Assembly (NCBI GenBank): GCA_963828685.1 | Contig: CAWHFU010000011.1 | Coordinates: forward strand, 45,893-109,892 | Direction: 5' to 3' | Source of the DNA: an uncultured Pseudomonadota bacterium | GTDB lineage: Bacteria > Pseudomonadota > Gammaproteobacteria > Xanthomonadales > Rhodanobacteraceae | DNA length: 64,000 nt | Shown here: positions 1-10,809 of the stretch, in pieces | Position numbering within the stretch: position 1 is the stretch's first letter | How the letters are laid out: each line of letters opens with the position of its first letter | Position numbers and translations under genes: made by a program | The notes under the pieces: generated by a model | What the model was told of the DNA's origin: nothing | Seen by the model: only the letters and a program-made list of their open reading frames with translations | Database searches by the model: none

Positions 1-1491
1 GCCAGCCAGCTGTTCAGCAGCGTCCCCACCGTGCTGCCGCTGGCGCCATCCTTCGCCGCCGCCGCGATGGGTATCGCGGTGCTGCTCGGCTTCGCCCTGC
101 CGCCGCTGGCCCGGCTGGCCGAGGTGCCGCCGGTCGCCGTATTTCGCCAGAGCATGTCGCGGCGCGTGCGGCGCTTCGATGGGCTGTACCTGATGCCCGT
201 GCTGGTGGCCCTGGGCCTGATCTGGAGCCAGAGCAGCTCGCTCACCCTGGCGGGCATTCTTGCCGCAAGCCTGCTCGGCGTGGCGCTGGTGGCTGCCTTG
301 CTGGCCGCCCTGCTGCTGTCGCTTGCCCGTCGCATCGCTCCCGGCGTGCATCCTGCGCTGCGCCTCGGTCTCGCTGCGCTGGCGCGGCGACGCACACTGA
401 GCCTGATCCAGGCCACCGCGCTCAGCCTGGGCTTGTGCGCGCTGCTGTTGCTGGCGATCGTGGCGCCGGCGCTGCTGCAGGGCTGGCGGCAGGAATTGCC
501 GGCCGATACGCCGAACTGGTTCGCGCTGAACCTGCAGGACGATCAGCGCACCGGCTTCGAGCAGGCACTGCGCCGCATCGGTGGCGACCAGCTCAACATG
601 CTGCCGCTGGCGGTGGGCAAGCTCACCGCGATCAACGGCCGGCCGATCGACCAGCTCGACTTTCAGGACGAACGCGCGAAGGAATGGTCGGATCGGCAAC
701 TGCGGCTGTCGTGGTCCGGCGATCTTCCACCGGCGAATGAAGTGATCGCGGGCCGCTGGCAAGGTGCCCATCCGGCCCGGGCCGAGGTCTCGATCGACAC
801 CATGTGGCGCGACATGTTTGCGCTGAAGCTGGGCGACACTCTGAGCTTCAACGTCGGTGAAGGCCGCATCGACGCGACCGTCAGCAGCATCCGCAAGGTC
901 GACTGGAGCTCGTTCCGGGTCAACTTCTTCCTGTTGCTCGACCCGGCCCACGCTGGCGAGCTGCCGCATACCTGGCTGGCCAGTTTCCATCTGGCGGCGA
1001 ACCATGCCAGCGGGCTGGCGCAGCTGTCTCGCGACTACAGCAACCTCAGCCTGATCGACGTCGACGCGCTGCTCGACCGTGTGCGCGAAATCGTCGATCG
1101 CGTCGGCAACGCCGTGCGCTGGATTCTCGGCTTCAGCCTGCTCGCCGGCGCGCTGGTGCTGGCTGCCGCACTCGCCGCGAGCGCGGCAGAGCGGCGCCAT
1201 GAGGCGGCCCTGTTGCGCACGCTGGGCGCGCGTCGCAATCAGCTGCGCGTGGCAGCAGCCTGCGAGTTCGCCCTGCTCGGCCTGGTCGCCGGCCTCACCG
1301 CCGCGCTTGGCGCCGGCGGTGCCGGACTGTGGCTGGGCCACGCGGTGTTCCACATCGAGGGCTTCGTGCCGCCGCTGTGGCCGCTCGGGCTCGCTGCGCT
1401 GGCGGCCGCGCTGGTGGTGATGCTGCTGGGGCTGGCCGGCACCCGCAAAGTCACCCGCACGCCACCGATGCGCCTGCTGCGCGAAGGCTGA
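1..1491 (+). CDS. FtsX-like ABC transporter permease, C-terminal part (gene starts upstream of the window)
   Basis: Frame 1 is open from base 1. The protein is multi-pass hydrophobic with a large soluble loop and a C-terminal block of three TM helices typical of YbbP/FtsX-type permeases. ORF track 31..1491. Confidence 0.6.
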   Translation, partial: ASQLFSSVPTVLPLAPSFAAAAMGIAVLLGFALPPLARLAEVPPVAVFRQSMSRRVRRFDGLYLMPVLVALGLIWSQSSSLTLAGILAASLLGVALVAALLAALLLSLARRIAPGVHPALRLGLAALARRRTLSLIQATALSLGLCALLLLAIVAPALLQGWRQELPADTPNWFALNLQDDQRTGFEQALRRIGGDQLNMLPLAVGKLTAINGRPIDQLDFQDERAKEWSDRQLRLSWSGDLPPANEVIAGRWQGAHPARAEVSIDTMWRDMFALKLGDTLSFNVGEGRIDATVSSIRKVDWSSFRVNFFLLLDPAHAGELPHTWLASFHLAANHASGLAQLSRDYSNLSLIDVDALLDRVREIVDRVGNAVRWILGFSLLAGALVLAAALAASAAERRHEAALLRTLGARRNQLRVAAACEFALLGLVAGLTAALGAGGAGLWLGHAVFHIEGFVPPLWPLGLAALAAALVVMLLGLAGTRKVTRTPPMRLLREG

Positions 1492-1550
1492 CCCGTGCAA
1501 GGCGGACCATCGCTGACGATGACTGCGGCAGGCGCGCCCCGGAGATTCGC

Positions 1551-2684
1551 ATGAGCGCGAACGCGTCGACCGGATTCAACTGGCGCGCGCAGCTACAGGC
1601 CGAATGGCTGTTGCTGCTGTTTGGCGCCGTGGCGATCGTGCTGGCCCTGCTCGACCCGCAACCGCTGGCAAGCCATCGGCGCTGGCTGCAGCTGCCGACA
1701 CTGGCCGGCCTGCTCGGCTTGCTGATCGCGATCCAGGGCATCCGCGACAGCGGGCTGGTACAGCATGCCGCTGCCATATTGGCTGCGCGCACGCATTCGG
1801 TGCGCAAGCTGGGCCTGCTGCTGGTGGCCGCCACGGCGCTGCTGTCGATGGTGCTGACCAACGACGTGAGCCTGTTCCTGATCGTACCGCTGACCGTAGT
1901 CATCGGCGGCATGTCGAATCTCCCGGTGATGCGCATGGTGGTACTGGAGGCGCTGGCGGTGAATGCCGGCTCCACGCTCAGTCCGATCGGCAATCCGCAG
2001 AACCTGCTGCTGTGGCAGGTTGCCCGCATCCCGTTTCTCGACTTTGTCGCCGCGATGCTGCCGGTCGCGAGCGTGATGCTGCTGCTGGTGATCGCGCTGG
2101 CCTGGCTGTGGCTGCCGCGTGACCGGGTCGATCTGGATGCGTCGCAGATCGATCCCCGCGGAATCTCGCTCTCGCTGGCGCTGCTGTCCGCCATCGCGCT
2201 GGTGACGATGGTGCTGATGATGGAACACGGCCATGCCGAACTCGGCGCACTGATGCTGCTGCTGCCGTTCGCCCTGATCAGCTGGCGCACCCTGGCGGAT
2301 ATGGACTGGCTGCTGCTGCTCACGTTTGCCACGATCTTTCTCGGCCTGGGCCACCTTGCCGAACTGCCGCTGGTTCGTCACGCGCTGGATCGATTCGATT
2401 TCGGCCAGCCGCTGACGCTGTACGCCGGCGGCATCGTCGCCTCGCAGCTGATCAGCAATGTGCCGGCGACGGTGCTGCTGCTCGATCGCGCAACCGATCC
2501 GATCGCGCTGGCGGTGGCGGTGAACGTGGGCGGCTTCGGCCTGGCGATCGGCTCGCTGGCCAACCTGATCGCTCTGCGCCTGGCGAAGCCGCGGCACGGC
2601 CTGCGGCGGCTGCACCTGGTGTCGATACCGTTCCTGCTGGCATGTGCGCCGCTGGCCTGGCTGGCATGGCGCTGGCTGGGCTGA
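1551..2684 (+). CDS. Anion/citrate-transporter-like permease (ArsB/NhaD superfamily)
   Basis: The ATG at 1551 gives MSANASTGFNW..., about 10 hydrophobic helices with GSTLSPIGNPQNLLL and SNVPATVLL motifs typical of this permease superfamily. The upstream part of ORF 1329..2684 overlaps the previous gene and looks non-coding. Confidence 0.55.
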   Translation: MSANASTGFNWRAQLQAEWLLLLFGAVAIVLALLDPQPLASHRRWLQLPTLAGLLGLLIAIQGIRDSGLVQHAAAILAARTHSVRKLGLLLVAATALLSMVLTNDVSLFLIVPLTVVIGGMSNLPVMRMVVLEALAVNAGSTLSPIGNPQNLLLWQVARIPFLDFVAAMLPVASVMLLLVIALAWLWLPRDRVDLDASQIDPRGISLSLALLSAIALVTMVLMMEHGHAELGALMLLLPFALISWRTLADMDWLLLLTFATIFLGLGHLAELPLVRHALDRFDFGQPLTLYAGGIVASQLISNVPATVLLLDRATDPIALAVAVNVGGFGLAIGSLANLIALRLAKPRHGLRRLHLVSIPFLLACAPLAWLAWRWLG

Positions 2685-2710
2685 CAGCGGCCGCCCGCCA
2701 CGCAGCAAGG

Positions 2711-3481
2711 TCAATCGTCGTCGTGCGGCACGCTGACCTTGCCGCCGATGGCGGAATGGCTGACGTCGCCGCTACCCTTGGCGCCGAGGCTGAAATCACC
2801 GGTCACGTCGCTCACCGTGAGGTCGCCGGAGCCGAGCGTATCGGCGTGCACGCTGCCACCGACCTTGCGCAACACCACGTCGCCCGACCCGATGCTGCCG
2901 ACCCGTGCGTCCCCCTTGACGCCCTCGACCTTGAAATCGCCGGAGCCGACCGAGCCCACGTCCAGGCTGCCGACATCGCTCGCGTCCACGTCGCCGGAAC
3001 CCACGCTGGCGCCGAACTTGTCGGCAATTTGCCGCACATGCAGGTCACCCGACCCGACCTGGCTTTGCAGCTGCTGCACGCCACGGACATCGGCATCGCC
3101 GGAACCCACGCTCAGCGTCACCGGCAGGCTGGCCGGCAGTTGCACGGTAACTTCGAGGTTCGCATAGGAACTGCCGAACAGGCCGAACGAAAAATGATTG
3201 CCGCCGCCGATATCGAGCAGCAACTGATCGCCCTCGCGCCGCTGGGTGACCTGCAGGCTGTCCAGCGCTGCCTTGTCCGAGGCACAGGCACGGCCGTTGA
3301 GGCTGAGGCCCTTGCTGCTGTCGTTGCCGATCAGGTGCAGATCCTGGCTGTGCACCTCGATCTGCACCGCCCGCACGCCGGTGAGGTCAAGCTGGAGGTT
3401 GCGCGGCGCCTCGAACTTGCAGGGGGTGGCGAACGCGGCGAACGGGGCAAGCAGCAGGACGGCGAGGGGAAAGCGGTACAT
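2711..3481 (-). CDS. Secreted DUF2807/GIN-domain (adhesin-head-like) protein with repeated GSGD beta-strand motif
   Basis: Internal start MYRFPLAVLLLAPFAAFA is a signal peptide. About 10 repeats of xGSGDxxV follow. The longer ORF to 3610 has no signal peptide and is unlikely. Confidence 0.55.
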   Translation of the reverse strand: MYRFPLAVLLLAPFAAFATPCKFEAPRNLQLDLTGVRAVQIEVHSQDLHLIGNDSSKGLSLNGRACASDKAALDSLQVTQRREGDQLLLDIGGGNHFSFGLFGSSYANLEVTVQLPASLPVTLSVGSGDADVRGVQQLQSQVGSGDLHVRQIADKFGASVGSGDVDASDVGSLDVGSVGSGDFKVEGVKGDARVGSIGSGDVVLRKVGGSVHADTLGSGDLTVSDVTGDFSLGAKGSGDVSHSAIGGKVSVPHDDD

Positions 3482-3621
3482 GGACGGACTCCCGTGGTGG
3501 TTGACCGTCCTGAGATGCAGCCGAGCCGGAAAGGGTTGCAACCTGACGGCCGGGTAACCGGCCATGTCAACGTAGATCGCGCGAAGGCGTTTTGCTGCGT
3601 ACTCACCCAAGGAGAGTGATC

Positions 3622-4137
3622 ATGCATCGCAAGACCCTGCTCGCTTCTGCACTGGCCGTTTTGATGGCCGGCTCGACTGCCCTGGTCATCGCCCAGGACG
3701 CCCCGCCGCCACCGGCCGCCACTCGCCCCATGGCCGACCACGGCATGCCCGGGCATCACGGCGATCGCCATGATCACGGCATGCGTGGCCATGACATGCG
3801 CGGCCACGGCCGCGACGACGAACACGGCGGCGTGATCGGCGACCTGCGCGGGCTCGAACGCCTGTACATGATGTCCGGTCGTAGCAAGGACATGGCCGCG
3901 GTGTACAACGAGGTGCTGGCCAAGTCACAGGACCCGCGCGTGCGCGACTACGCCTATCGGCACCTGGCCCGGTTGCAGGTGCGACCCGTGAATGTGGACC
4001 AGGCCATCGTCACCATGCGCAAGGGGCTCGACGAAAGCCTGGCCAACGAGGCGAAGATGCGTGCCGAGCGGGAGAAGATGCGCCAGGCCTGGAAGCAGCA
4101 TCGCGACAGCGCGGCGACACCTTCAGCCGGCGAGTAA
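3622..4137 (+). CDS. Hypothetical periplasmic protein with His-rich segment
   Basis: GGAGAG lies 8 nt upstream of the ATG at 3622. Signal peptide MHRKTLLASALAVLMAGSTALVIAQD, then a HGMPGHHGDRHDHGMRGHDMRGHGRDDEHG stretch, then a helical C-terminus. Confidence 0.5.
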   Translation: MHRKTLLASALAVLMAGSTALVIAQDAPPPPAATRPMADHGMPGHHGDRHDHGMRGHDMRGHGRDDEHGGVIGDLRGLERLYMMSGRSKDMAAVYNEVLAKSQDPRVRDYAYRHLARLQVRPVNVDQAIVTMRKGLDESLANEAKMRAEREKMRQAWKQHRDSAATPSAGE

Positions 4138-4170
4138 ACCGCCCCGCCTGGCCCGGACGCCAGGTCGGCT

Positions 4171-4202
4171 GTCCGCGCCCCGGCCATCGCCGGGGCGCGG
4201 AC
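4171..4202. terminator. Bidirectional hairpin between convergent genes
   Basis: Perfect 13-bp stem gtccgcgccccgg / ccggggcgcggac with a 6-nt loop, abutting the mazG stop codon. Confidence 0.5.
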
Positions 4203-5024
4203 TCACTTCCCGCGCTCCGTCGCCTTGGCGCGTTGCCACAGCTGTTCCTGCTCGATCAGACTGCGTTCACCGAACGCCCCGCCTTCGGTGGCAGCGAGCC
4301 GCTCCATCTCGCGAAAGCGCCGCTCGAACTTCGCATTCGCATGCCGCAACGCACGCGAGAAATCGACGCCCGCATGGCGCGCCAGATTCACCGTCACGAA
4401 CAGCACGTCGCCGATCTCGTCTTCCAGCCGCGCCGGATCGGCACCGTTGGCGAACTCGGCGCGTACCTCTTCGATTTCCTCGGCCAGCTTGGCCAGCACC
4501 GGCTGTGGATCGGGCCAGCTGAATCCCGCACTGGCGGCGCGCTGCTGCAGCTTCATGGCACGTTTCCATTCCGGCAGCCCGCCCGAAACACCGGCCAGCA
4601 CGCTGTCGTCGACCGGGTCGCCCCGGTCAGCGCGTTCGGCCGTCTTGATGTCCTCCCACGCCTGCTTCTGTGCCGCAGCGTCGGCATAGCGCACGTCGCC
4701 GAACACATGCGGGTGACGCCGCCGCAGCTTGTCGCTGATCGCGTGCACCACATCGGAAAAATCGAATCGCCCGGCTTCCTGCGCCATGCGCGCATGGAAT
4801 ACCACTTGCAGCAGCAGATCGCCCAGTTCGTCGCGCAGGTCGTCGAAATCGCCGCGATCGATCGCATCGACAACTTCGTAGGCCTCTTCGATGGTATAGG
4901 GCGCGATCGAGGCGAAATCCTGCTGCACGTCCCACGGGCAGCCCCGCTCCGGATCGCGCAGGTGCGCCATGATCGCCAGCAAATCATCGAGACCATGGCG
5001 CACCGACTGACTCATGCTGCGCAA
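4203..5024 (-). CDS. mazG: Nucleoside triphosphate pyrophosphohydrolase MazG
   Basis: LLAIMAHLRDPERGCPWDVQQDFASIAPYTIEEAYEVVDAI and the second EExGDxLF repeat are diagnostic of tandem-domain MazG. Confidence 0.85.
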   Translation of the reverse strand: MRSMSQSVRHGLDDLLAIMAHLRDPERGCPWDVQQDFASIAPYTIEEAYEVVDAIDRGDFDDLRDELGDLLLQVVFHARMAQEAGRFDFSDVVHAISDKLRRRHPHVFGDVRYADAAAQKQAWEDIKTAERADRGDPVDDSVLAGVSGGLPEWKRAMKLQQRAASAGFSWPDPQPVLAKLAEEIEEVRAEFANGADPARLEDEIGDVLFVTVNLARHAGVDFSRALRHANAKFERRFREMERLAATEGGAFGERSLIEQEQLWQRAKATERGK

Positions 5025-5045
5025 GTGTCCAAAAGCACCGGAATG

Positions 5046-5081
5046 CCTTCTCCCCTTTGGGGAGAAGGCAGGGATGAGGGG
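5046..5081. repeat. REP-like intergenic element (CCTTCTCCCC-N3-GGGGAGAAGG hairpin plus GATGAGGGGC tail)
   Basis: 10-bp stem seen directly. Same family as the copies at 53589, 56396 and 56495. Confidence 0.55.
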
Positions 5082-5108
5082 CCACGCCGCGGGGAACTCT
5101 TTCCAAAA

Positions 5109-5924
5109 TCACCCACGACCAGCCGCCTGCAGGCGCGCTGCCCAGTCGATCGTGCTGTCGCCGACCGCGACGAACTCGGGATTCAGCAGCGACTCGCCAC
5201 GGTTGTAGCGGAACGGTCGACCGGCCATGTCCAGTACCGCGCCGCCGGCCTCGTCCAGCACGCACTGGGCCGCGGCGGTATCCCACTCGCTGGTCAGGCC
5301 CAGGCGTAGATAGACGTCCGCCGCGCCGCGTGCGATCAGGCAGAACTTCAATGACGAACCGAGCGGCAGGAGTTCGTAGTCGCTGCCGATCAGCTGCTGC
5401 AGAAGGGTACCCTGCGTGCCACCATGCGAACGGCTGCCGGCCACTTGCGCCGGTGTCCCCAGCGGACGGGTACGGATGCGCTGCCATTCGCCACCCACCT
5501 GCGTCTGCAGCCAGGCGCCGTGCCCGTGCGCACCGATGTACAGCTCGCCGGTGACCGGCGCCAACACCACACCGAGCACGGATCGGTGCTGCTCGATCAG
5601 GGCGATGTTGACGGTGAACTCGCCATTGCGTTTGATGAACTCGCGGGTGCCGTCGAGCGGGTCGACCAGCCAGTAACGTGACCAGTGCCGGCGTTCCGAC
5701 CAGGCCAGCGCCTTGGCCTCTTCCGACAACACCGGCAGCCGCGGTTCGAGCTGCGCAAGGCCGGTCATGATGACCTGCTGGGCAGCCAGATCGGCAGCGG
5801 TCAACGGCGATTCGTCCGCCTTGGTCTGCACCGCGAAATCGCTGTGATAGATCTTCAGGATGGCTGCGCCGGCGGCACGGGCGATCTCGCCGACCTGGCG
5901 GGCAAGTTCCGGTGGCGTACTCAT
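5109..5924 (-). CDS. cysQ: 3'(2'),5'-bisphosphate nucleotidase CysQ
   Basis: SPLTAADLAAQ, WLVDPLDGTREF and the WDTAAAQCVLDEAGG motif of the inositol-monophosphatase fold in the CysQ arrangement. Confidence 0.85.
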   Translation of the reverse strand: MSTPPELARQVGEIARAAGAAILKIYHSDFAVQTKADESPLTAADLAAQQVIMTGLAQLEPRLPVLSEEAKALAWSERRHWSRYWLVDPLDGTREFIKRNGEFTVNIALIEQHRSVLGVVLAPVTGELYIGAHGHGAWLQTQVGGEWQRIRTRPLGTPAQVAGSRSHGGTQGTLLQQLIGSDYELLPLGSSLKFCLIARGAADVYLRLGLTSEWDTAAAQCVLDEAGGAVLDMAGRPFRYNRGESLLNPEFVAVGDSTIDWAARLQAAGRG

Positions 5925-6481
5925 GAGCGCTGGAAGCGCCCGGCGAGGTATTCGCGGGCCATGAACAGCGCGGCAATCGAGCGTCCCTCGGTCACATCAT
6001 CGCGACCGAGCAGGGTATGCAGTTCGGACATCTTCCACGGCACCACTTCAAGCTCCTCCGGTTCGTCGCCCGCCAGACGCTCGGGGTAGAGATCCTGCGC
6101 CAGCACCACGTGCGCCATATGGGTCATGTACGCCGGCGACAGCGACAGGTTGTGCAGGATCTTCAGCTTGCGCGCGCCATAGCCGATCTCTTCCTTCAGC
6201 TCGCGGTTGGCACCCTGTTCGGCCGTCTCGTCCTGATCCAGCCTGCCCTTCGGCAGGCCCAGTTCGTAGCGTCCCACCCCACCACCGTATTCACGCACCA
6301 GCAGCACGGTGTCGTCATCGAGCATGGGCACCATGATCACCGCACCCAGACCGCTGCCTTTCAGCCGTTCGTAGGTGCGCCGCACGCCGTTGGAAAACTC
6401 CAGGTCGATCTGTTCGACTTGCAGGAAGCGGCTGTCGCTGACGTCCCGCGTGGCATGGATGATCGGTGGTTTGCGCATCAC
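5921..6481 (-). CDS. nudE: ADP compounds hydrolase NudE (Nudix)
   Basis: Nudix box GLPKGRLDQDETAEQGANRELKEEIGY. It lies adjacent to cysQ with a 4-bp overlap, as in enterobacteria and pseudomonads. Confidence 0.75.
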   Translation of the reverse strand: MMRKPPIIHATRDVSDSRFLQVEQIDLEFSNGVRRTYERLKGSGLGAVIMVPMLDDDTVLLVREYGGGVGRYELGLPKGRLDQDETAEQGANRELKEEIGYGARKLKILHNLSLSPAYMTHMAHVVLAQDLYPERLAGDEPEELEVVPWKMSELHTLLGRDDVTEGRSIAALFMAREYLAGRFQRS

Positions 6482-6487
6482 GGGATT

Positions 6488-7275
<788 letters not shown>

Positions 7276-7279
<4 letters not shown>

Positions 7280-8079
7280 GGTTGTCTTGCGTCCTTGTCT
7301 GGCGATGGCACCGGCAGGCTGCCGGCCAGGCCACCGTGGCGTCGAATATGCACGCTGCCGTCGCTGGATGGCGGCCCCAGCCGGGCCAGCCAACGGCGCA
7401 GCCGCGGGTCAGTCTGTCGCGCGCGCAGCGTCGCGTCCAGTCGCCAGCCGAGCGGGCTCAGCTGCAATTGTCCATCGGCCTGCAGCGGTCCGTTGCCGTC
7501 ATCGCGCAGCTGCGCCCGGATCACTCCATCCTGCGCCTGTGCTCGTGCCTGTAGCGCGCCAAGCGCAATGTCGCCATCCGGCGTACGGATGACGGCGTGC
7601 CGCCAGTGTGCCTGCGCCTGCAATTGCAGGGGCCAGCCCTCCTGCAACAGGGCGTGTTCGACCGTCAGCTCCAGTTCGCCCCGTGGCTGACCCAGCGACC
7701 CGGCCGCGTAGGGCGCCAGTGCGGCCAGCTCGGCATGCAACTGCAACCCGCGCGATTCGATACGACCATCCGGCAGTCGTTGCGCACGACCGGAAAAACC
7801 CAGTTGCGGTCCGTCGAACGCCAGCTGCAGCCGCACCTGGCCGAACAGGGCTCGCCGTGACAACTGCCAACGCAACTCGCCCAGCGGACGCCCATCGATC
7901 GCCATGAGCTCGCCCGCGCGGCCGTCCCACACCGTGCCCTGCACCTGCTTAGGGTGCAGTCCATGCAATCGTGGTTCGATCCAGGGCATGGCCCAGCGCG
8001 CCGGCAGGAACCACAGCAGCAAGGCCGCGATCGACACCACTGCAGCGAGACCGAGCAGCCATTTTCGCGAAGACTTCAA
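7276..8079 (-). CDS. GspN-like type II secretion protein N (orphan)
   Basis: N-terminal TM anchor WLLGLAAVVSIAALLLWFLPARW followed by VQGTVWDGRAGEL, the GspN signature (L-x-G-T-x-W-x-G). The start is assumed at TTG 8079 because the longer ORF would overlap bioA. The start is uncertain. Confidence 0.5.
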
Positions 8080-8146
8080 GCGTCGATTCCCGGGAATGTC
8101 CGTACGCGGACTTGAGCGTCCATCGTGCAGCACCGATGATAGCCGG

Positions 8147-9511
8147 ATGAGCAATCCCGAAAACAGCAATGCCGCGCTTGCCGCGCGCGACCTGAAACAC
8201 CTGTGGCACCCCTGCACACAGATGCATGATCATGAAAGCGTGCCGATGGTGCCGATCGTGCGCGGCGACGGTGCCTGGCTGATCGATGCCGATGGTCGCC
8301 GCTACCTGGACGGCATCAGTTCGTGGTGGACCAACCTGTTCGGCCACGCCAACCCGCGCATCGCCGCCGCGCTGGCCGCGCAGGCGCGCACGCTCGAGCA
8401 CGTGATCTTCGCCGGCTTCACGCACGAGCCGGCGATCGAGCTGGCCGAGGAACTGGTTCGCGTCGCACCGCCGGGACTGGAGCGGGTGTTCTACGCCGAC
8501 AATGGCTCGTCGGCGATCGAAGTGGCGCTGAAGATGAGCTTCCATTACTGGCTCAACCAGGGACACGGCGAGAAGACCCGCTTCATCGCACTCAGCGGCA
8601 GCTATCACGGCGAGACGCTGGGGGCATTGTCGGTGAGCGACGTGGCGCTGTACCGCAAGACCTACGCTCCGCTGCTGCTGACGCCCTTCCTGGCGCCCTC
8701 ACCGGACAGTTACGAAGGCGAGCTCGGCGAAAGCCCCGCGCAGGTCGCTGCGCGCCGCCTGCAGGACCTGCGTGTGTTGCTGGAACGCCACGCGCATGAA
8801 ACCTGCGCGGTGATCGTCGAACCGCTGGTCCAATGTGCCGGCGGCATGCGCATGTATCACCCTGATTACCTGACCGGCCTGCGCGCCTTGTGCGACGAGT
8901 TTGCGGTGCATTTCATCGCCGACGAGATCGCGGTGGGCTTCGGCCGCACCGGCACCCTGTTCGCCTGCGAACAGGCGTCGGTGACACCCGATTTCCTGTG
9001 CCTGTCGAAGGGGCTGACGGCGGGATTCCTGCCGCTGTCTGCGGTACTTACGACCAACCGCATCTATGAGGCGTTCTACGCGGAATACAGCGCCGGCAAG
9101 GCATTCCTGCATTCGCACAGCTATACCGGCAACCCATTGGCCTGCCGGGTCGCGCTGGAGACGCTGGCGATCTTCCGCAACGAACCGGTATTCGAACGCA
9201 ATCACCAACTCGCCGCGCACCTGGCCAGACGACTGGAGCCGCTGCGCGAGCATCCGCATGTGGCCGACGTGCGCCAGACAGGCATGATCGCGGCAATCGA
9301 ACTGGTGGCCGACAAGGCCACGCGCCGCCCGTTCCCGTCATCCGAACGACGCGGGTTGCGTGTCTACCTGCATGGACTGCAGCAGGGTGTGCTGCTACGC
9401 CCACTCGGCAATGTGATCTATTTCATGCCGCCATACGTGGTCACCGAACGGGAACTCGACCTGCTGGTAGACACCGCCATCAGCGGCATCGCGCGCGCGA
9501 TGACGGACTGA
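8147..9511 (+). CDS. bioA: Adenosylmethionine-8-amino-7-oxononanoate aminotransferase BioA
   Basis: MSNPENSNAALAARDLKHLWHPCTQMHDHE, the CLSKGLTAG PLP-lysine region, and class-III aminotransferase length. Confidence 0.9.
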   Translation: MSNPENSNAALAARDLKHLWHPCTQMHDHESVPMVPIVRGDGAWLIDADGRRYLDGISSWWTNLFGHANPRIAAALAAQARTLEHVIFAGFTHEPAIELAEELVRVAPPGLERVFYADNGSSAIEVALKMSFHYWLNQGHGEKTRFIALSGSYHGETLGALSVSDVALYRKTYAPLLLTPFLAPSPDSYEGELGESPAQVAARRLQDLRVLLERHAHETCAVIVEPLVQCAGGMRMYHPDYLTGLRALCDEFAVHFIADEIAVGFGRTGTLFACEQASVTPDFLCLSKGLTAGFLPLSAVLTTNRIYEAFYAEYSAGKAFLHSHSYTGNPLACRVALETLAIFRNEPVFERNHQLAAHLARRLEPLREHPHVADVRQTGMIAAIELVADKATRRPFPSSERRGLRVYLHGLQQGVLLRPLGNVIYFMPPYVVTERELDLLVDTAISGIARAMTD

Positions 9512-9559
9512 GTCCGATCCATGCCGCGGAAGCAGTCGCACGGCATCCGGCGGGAAAAC

Positions 9560-9883
9560 TCAGTGTCCACCGCTGATGCTGGGATCGAGCATCTGCAGCG
9601 CGCGGGCATTGTTGATCGCACCGGTACGACGCAATTCGTCTCCGCTGTAGCTGCGGCCGTGAACGGGCAGACACTCACCCTTTTTCGGTGGGATCAGACT
9701 GCCGGTATGGCGCAGGCAATTGCGATCGCCGGGCTTGACCAGACGGTGGTCGGCCACTGCCTGCTTCTGGCTGGCATGGCTGACCTGATCCGTGGCCGTC
9801 GGCGTCGTATCCCGGGCGGCGGCGATGGCGCCGATGCCAAGACCAGCAATAAGGGTGCACGCGACAATGGATAACCTGAACAT
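9560..9883 (-). CDS. Small secreted hypothetical protein with TonB-receptor-plug-like C-terminal segment
   Basis: Signal peptide MFRLSIVACTLIAGLGIGAIAA. The C-terminus SYSGDELRRTGAINNARALQMLDPSI resembles the start of a TBDR plug. The family is not recognised with certainty. Confidence 0.45.
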   Translation of the reverse strand: MFRLSIVACTLIAGLGIGAIAAARDTTPTATDQVSHASQKQAVADHRLVKPGDRNCLRHTGSLIPPKKGECLPVHGRSYSGDELRRTGAINNARALQMLDPSISGGH

Positions 9884-10055
9884 GACGAAGACCTCGTTGG
9901 GTTGCCAAGAGCCAGTTCCATGCTGCTCCCATCGAGGGCGTCAGGCAATCCTTGCCACCGGGCCATCTCACCGGCATTCAGTTTTGCCCGGCTGCAGGGG
10001 CCCTTTCAGCTGGCGAAAGCTCCGCTATGCTTGAGTTTTTCCGGTGAACCGCTGC

Positions 10056-10790
10056 ATGCGAACCATCCGCCTCCATGTTGCGCTGCCACTTGCCGTCGGT
10101 GCCGAATTGCCGTTGCCGGCACAGGCGAGCGAACACGCTACGCGCGTGCTGCGCCTGGTTGCCGGTGACCCGGTGACCCTGTTCAATGGCGACGGCTGCG
10201 ACTATCCGTCCAGCATCCTCGTGACCGGCAAACGCGAGGTCACGGTGAGGGTCGAATCCAGACTGCTCCTGCACAACGAGTCGCCCTTGCCGCTGACTCT
10301 GGCCCAGGGTGTGGCGCGCGGCGAGAAGATGGACCTGATCGTGCAGAAGGCGACCGAGCTGGGTGTCATCCGCATCGTACCGCTGCTTACCGAGCGCTCG
10401 GAGGTGAAATTGGATGCTTCCCGCGCCGAAAAACGCCTGGCGCACTGGCGCGCCGTGGCAGCCAGTGCCTGCGAGCAAAGTGGCCGTGCGTGCGTGCCCG
10501 AGATCACCCCGGCGACGCCGTTGCCAGCCTGGCTGGACAGCCTCGCCGAAGACGGTGCGCTGCGCCTGGCGCTGCTGCCCCGAGCGACCTGCTCGTCCCG
10601 CGAGCTGCGCTTTCCTGCGGCTGGCGGTCTGCTGGTGGTCGGCCCGGAAGGTGGCCTGGGTGAACGTGATATAGGCGTCTTGACGGCCGCCGGTTTCGAT
10701 GGCCTGCGGCTGGGGCCGCGCATCCTGCGTACCGAGACGGCGGGAATGGCCGCGCTGGCAGCTTTGCAGGCATTGCACGGCGACGGTTGA
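10056..10790 (+). CDS. rsmE: 16S rRNA (uracil1498-N3)-methyltransferase RsmE
   Basis: MRTIRLHV..., KMDLIVQKATELGV and VGPEGGLGERDI...LGPRILRTETA motifs. Confidence 0.85.
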   Translation: MRTIRLHVALPLAVGAELPLPAQASEHATRVLRLVAGDPVTLFNGDGCDYPSSILVTGKREVTVRVESRLLLHNESPLPLTLAQGVARGEKMDLIVQKATELGVIRIVPLLTERSEVKLDASRAEKRLAHWRAVAASACEQSGRACVPEITPATPLPAWLDSLAEDGALRLALLPRATCSSRELRFPAAGGLLVVGPEGGLGERDIGVLTAAGFDGLRLGPRILRTETAGMAALAALQALHGDG

Positions 10791-10809
10791 ACCGTCGCCG
10801 TGCAATGCC

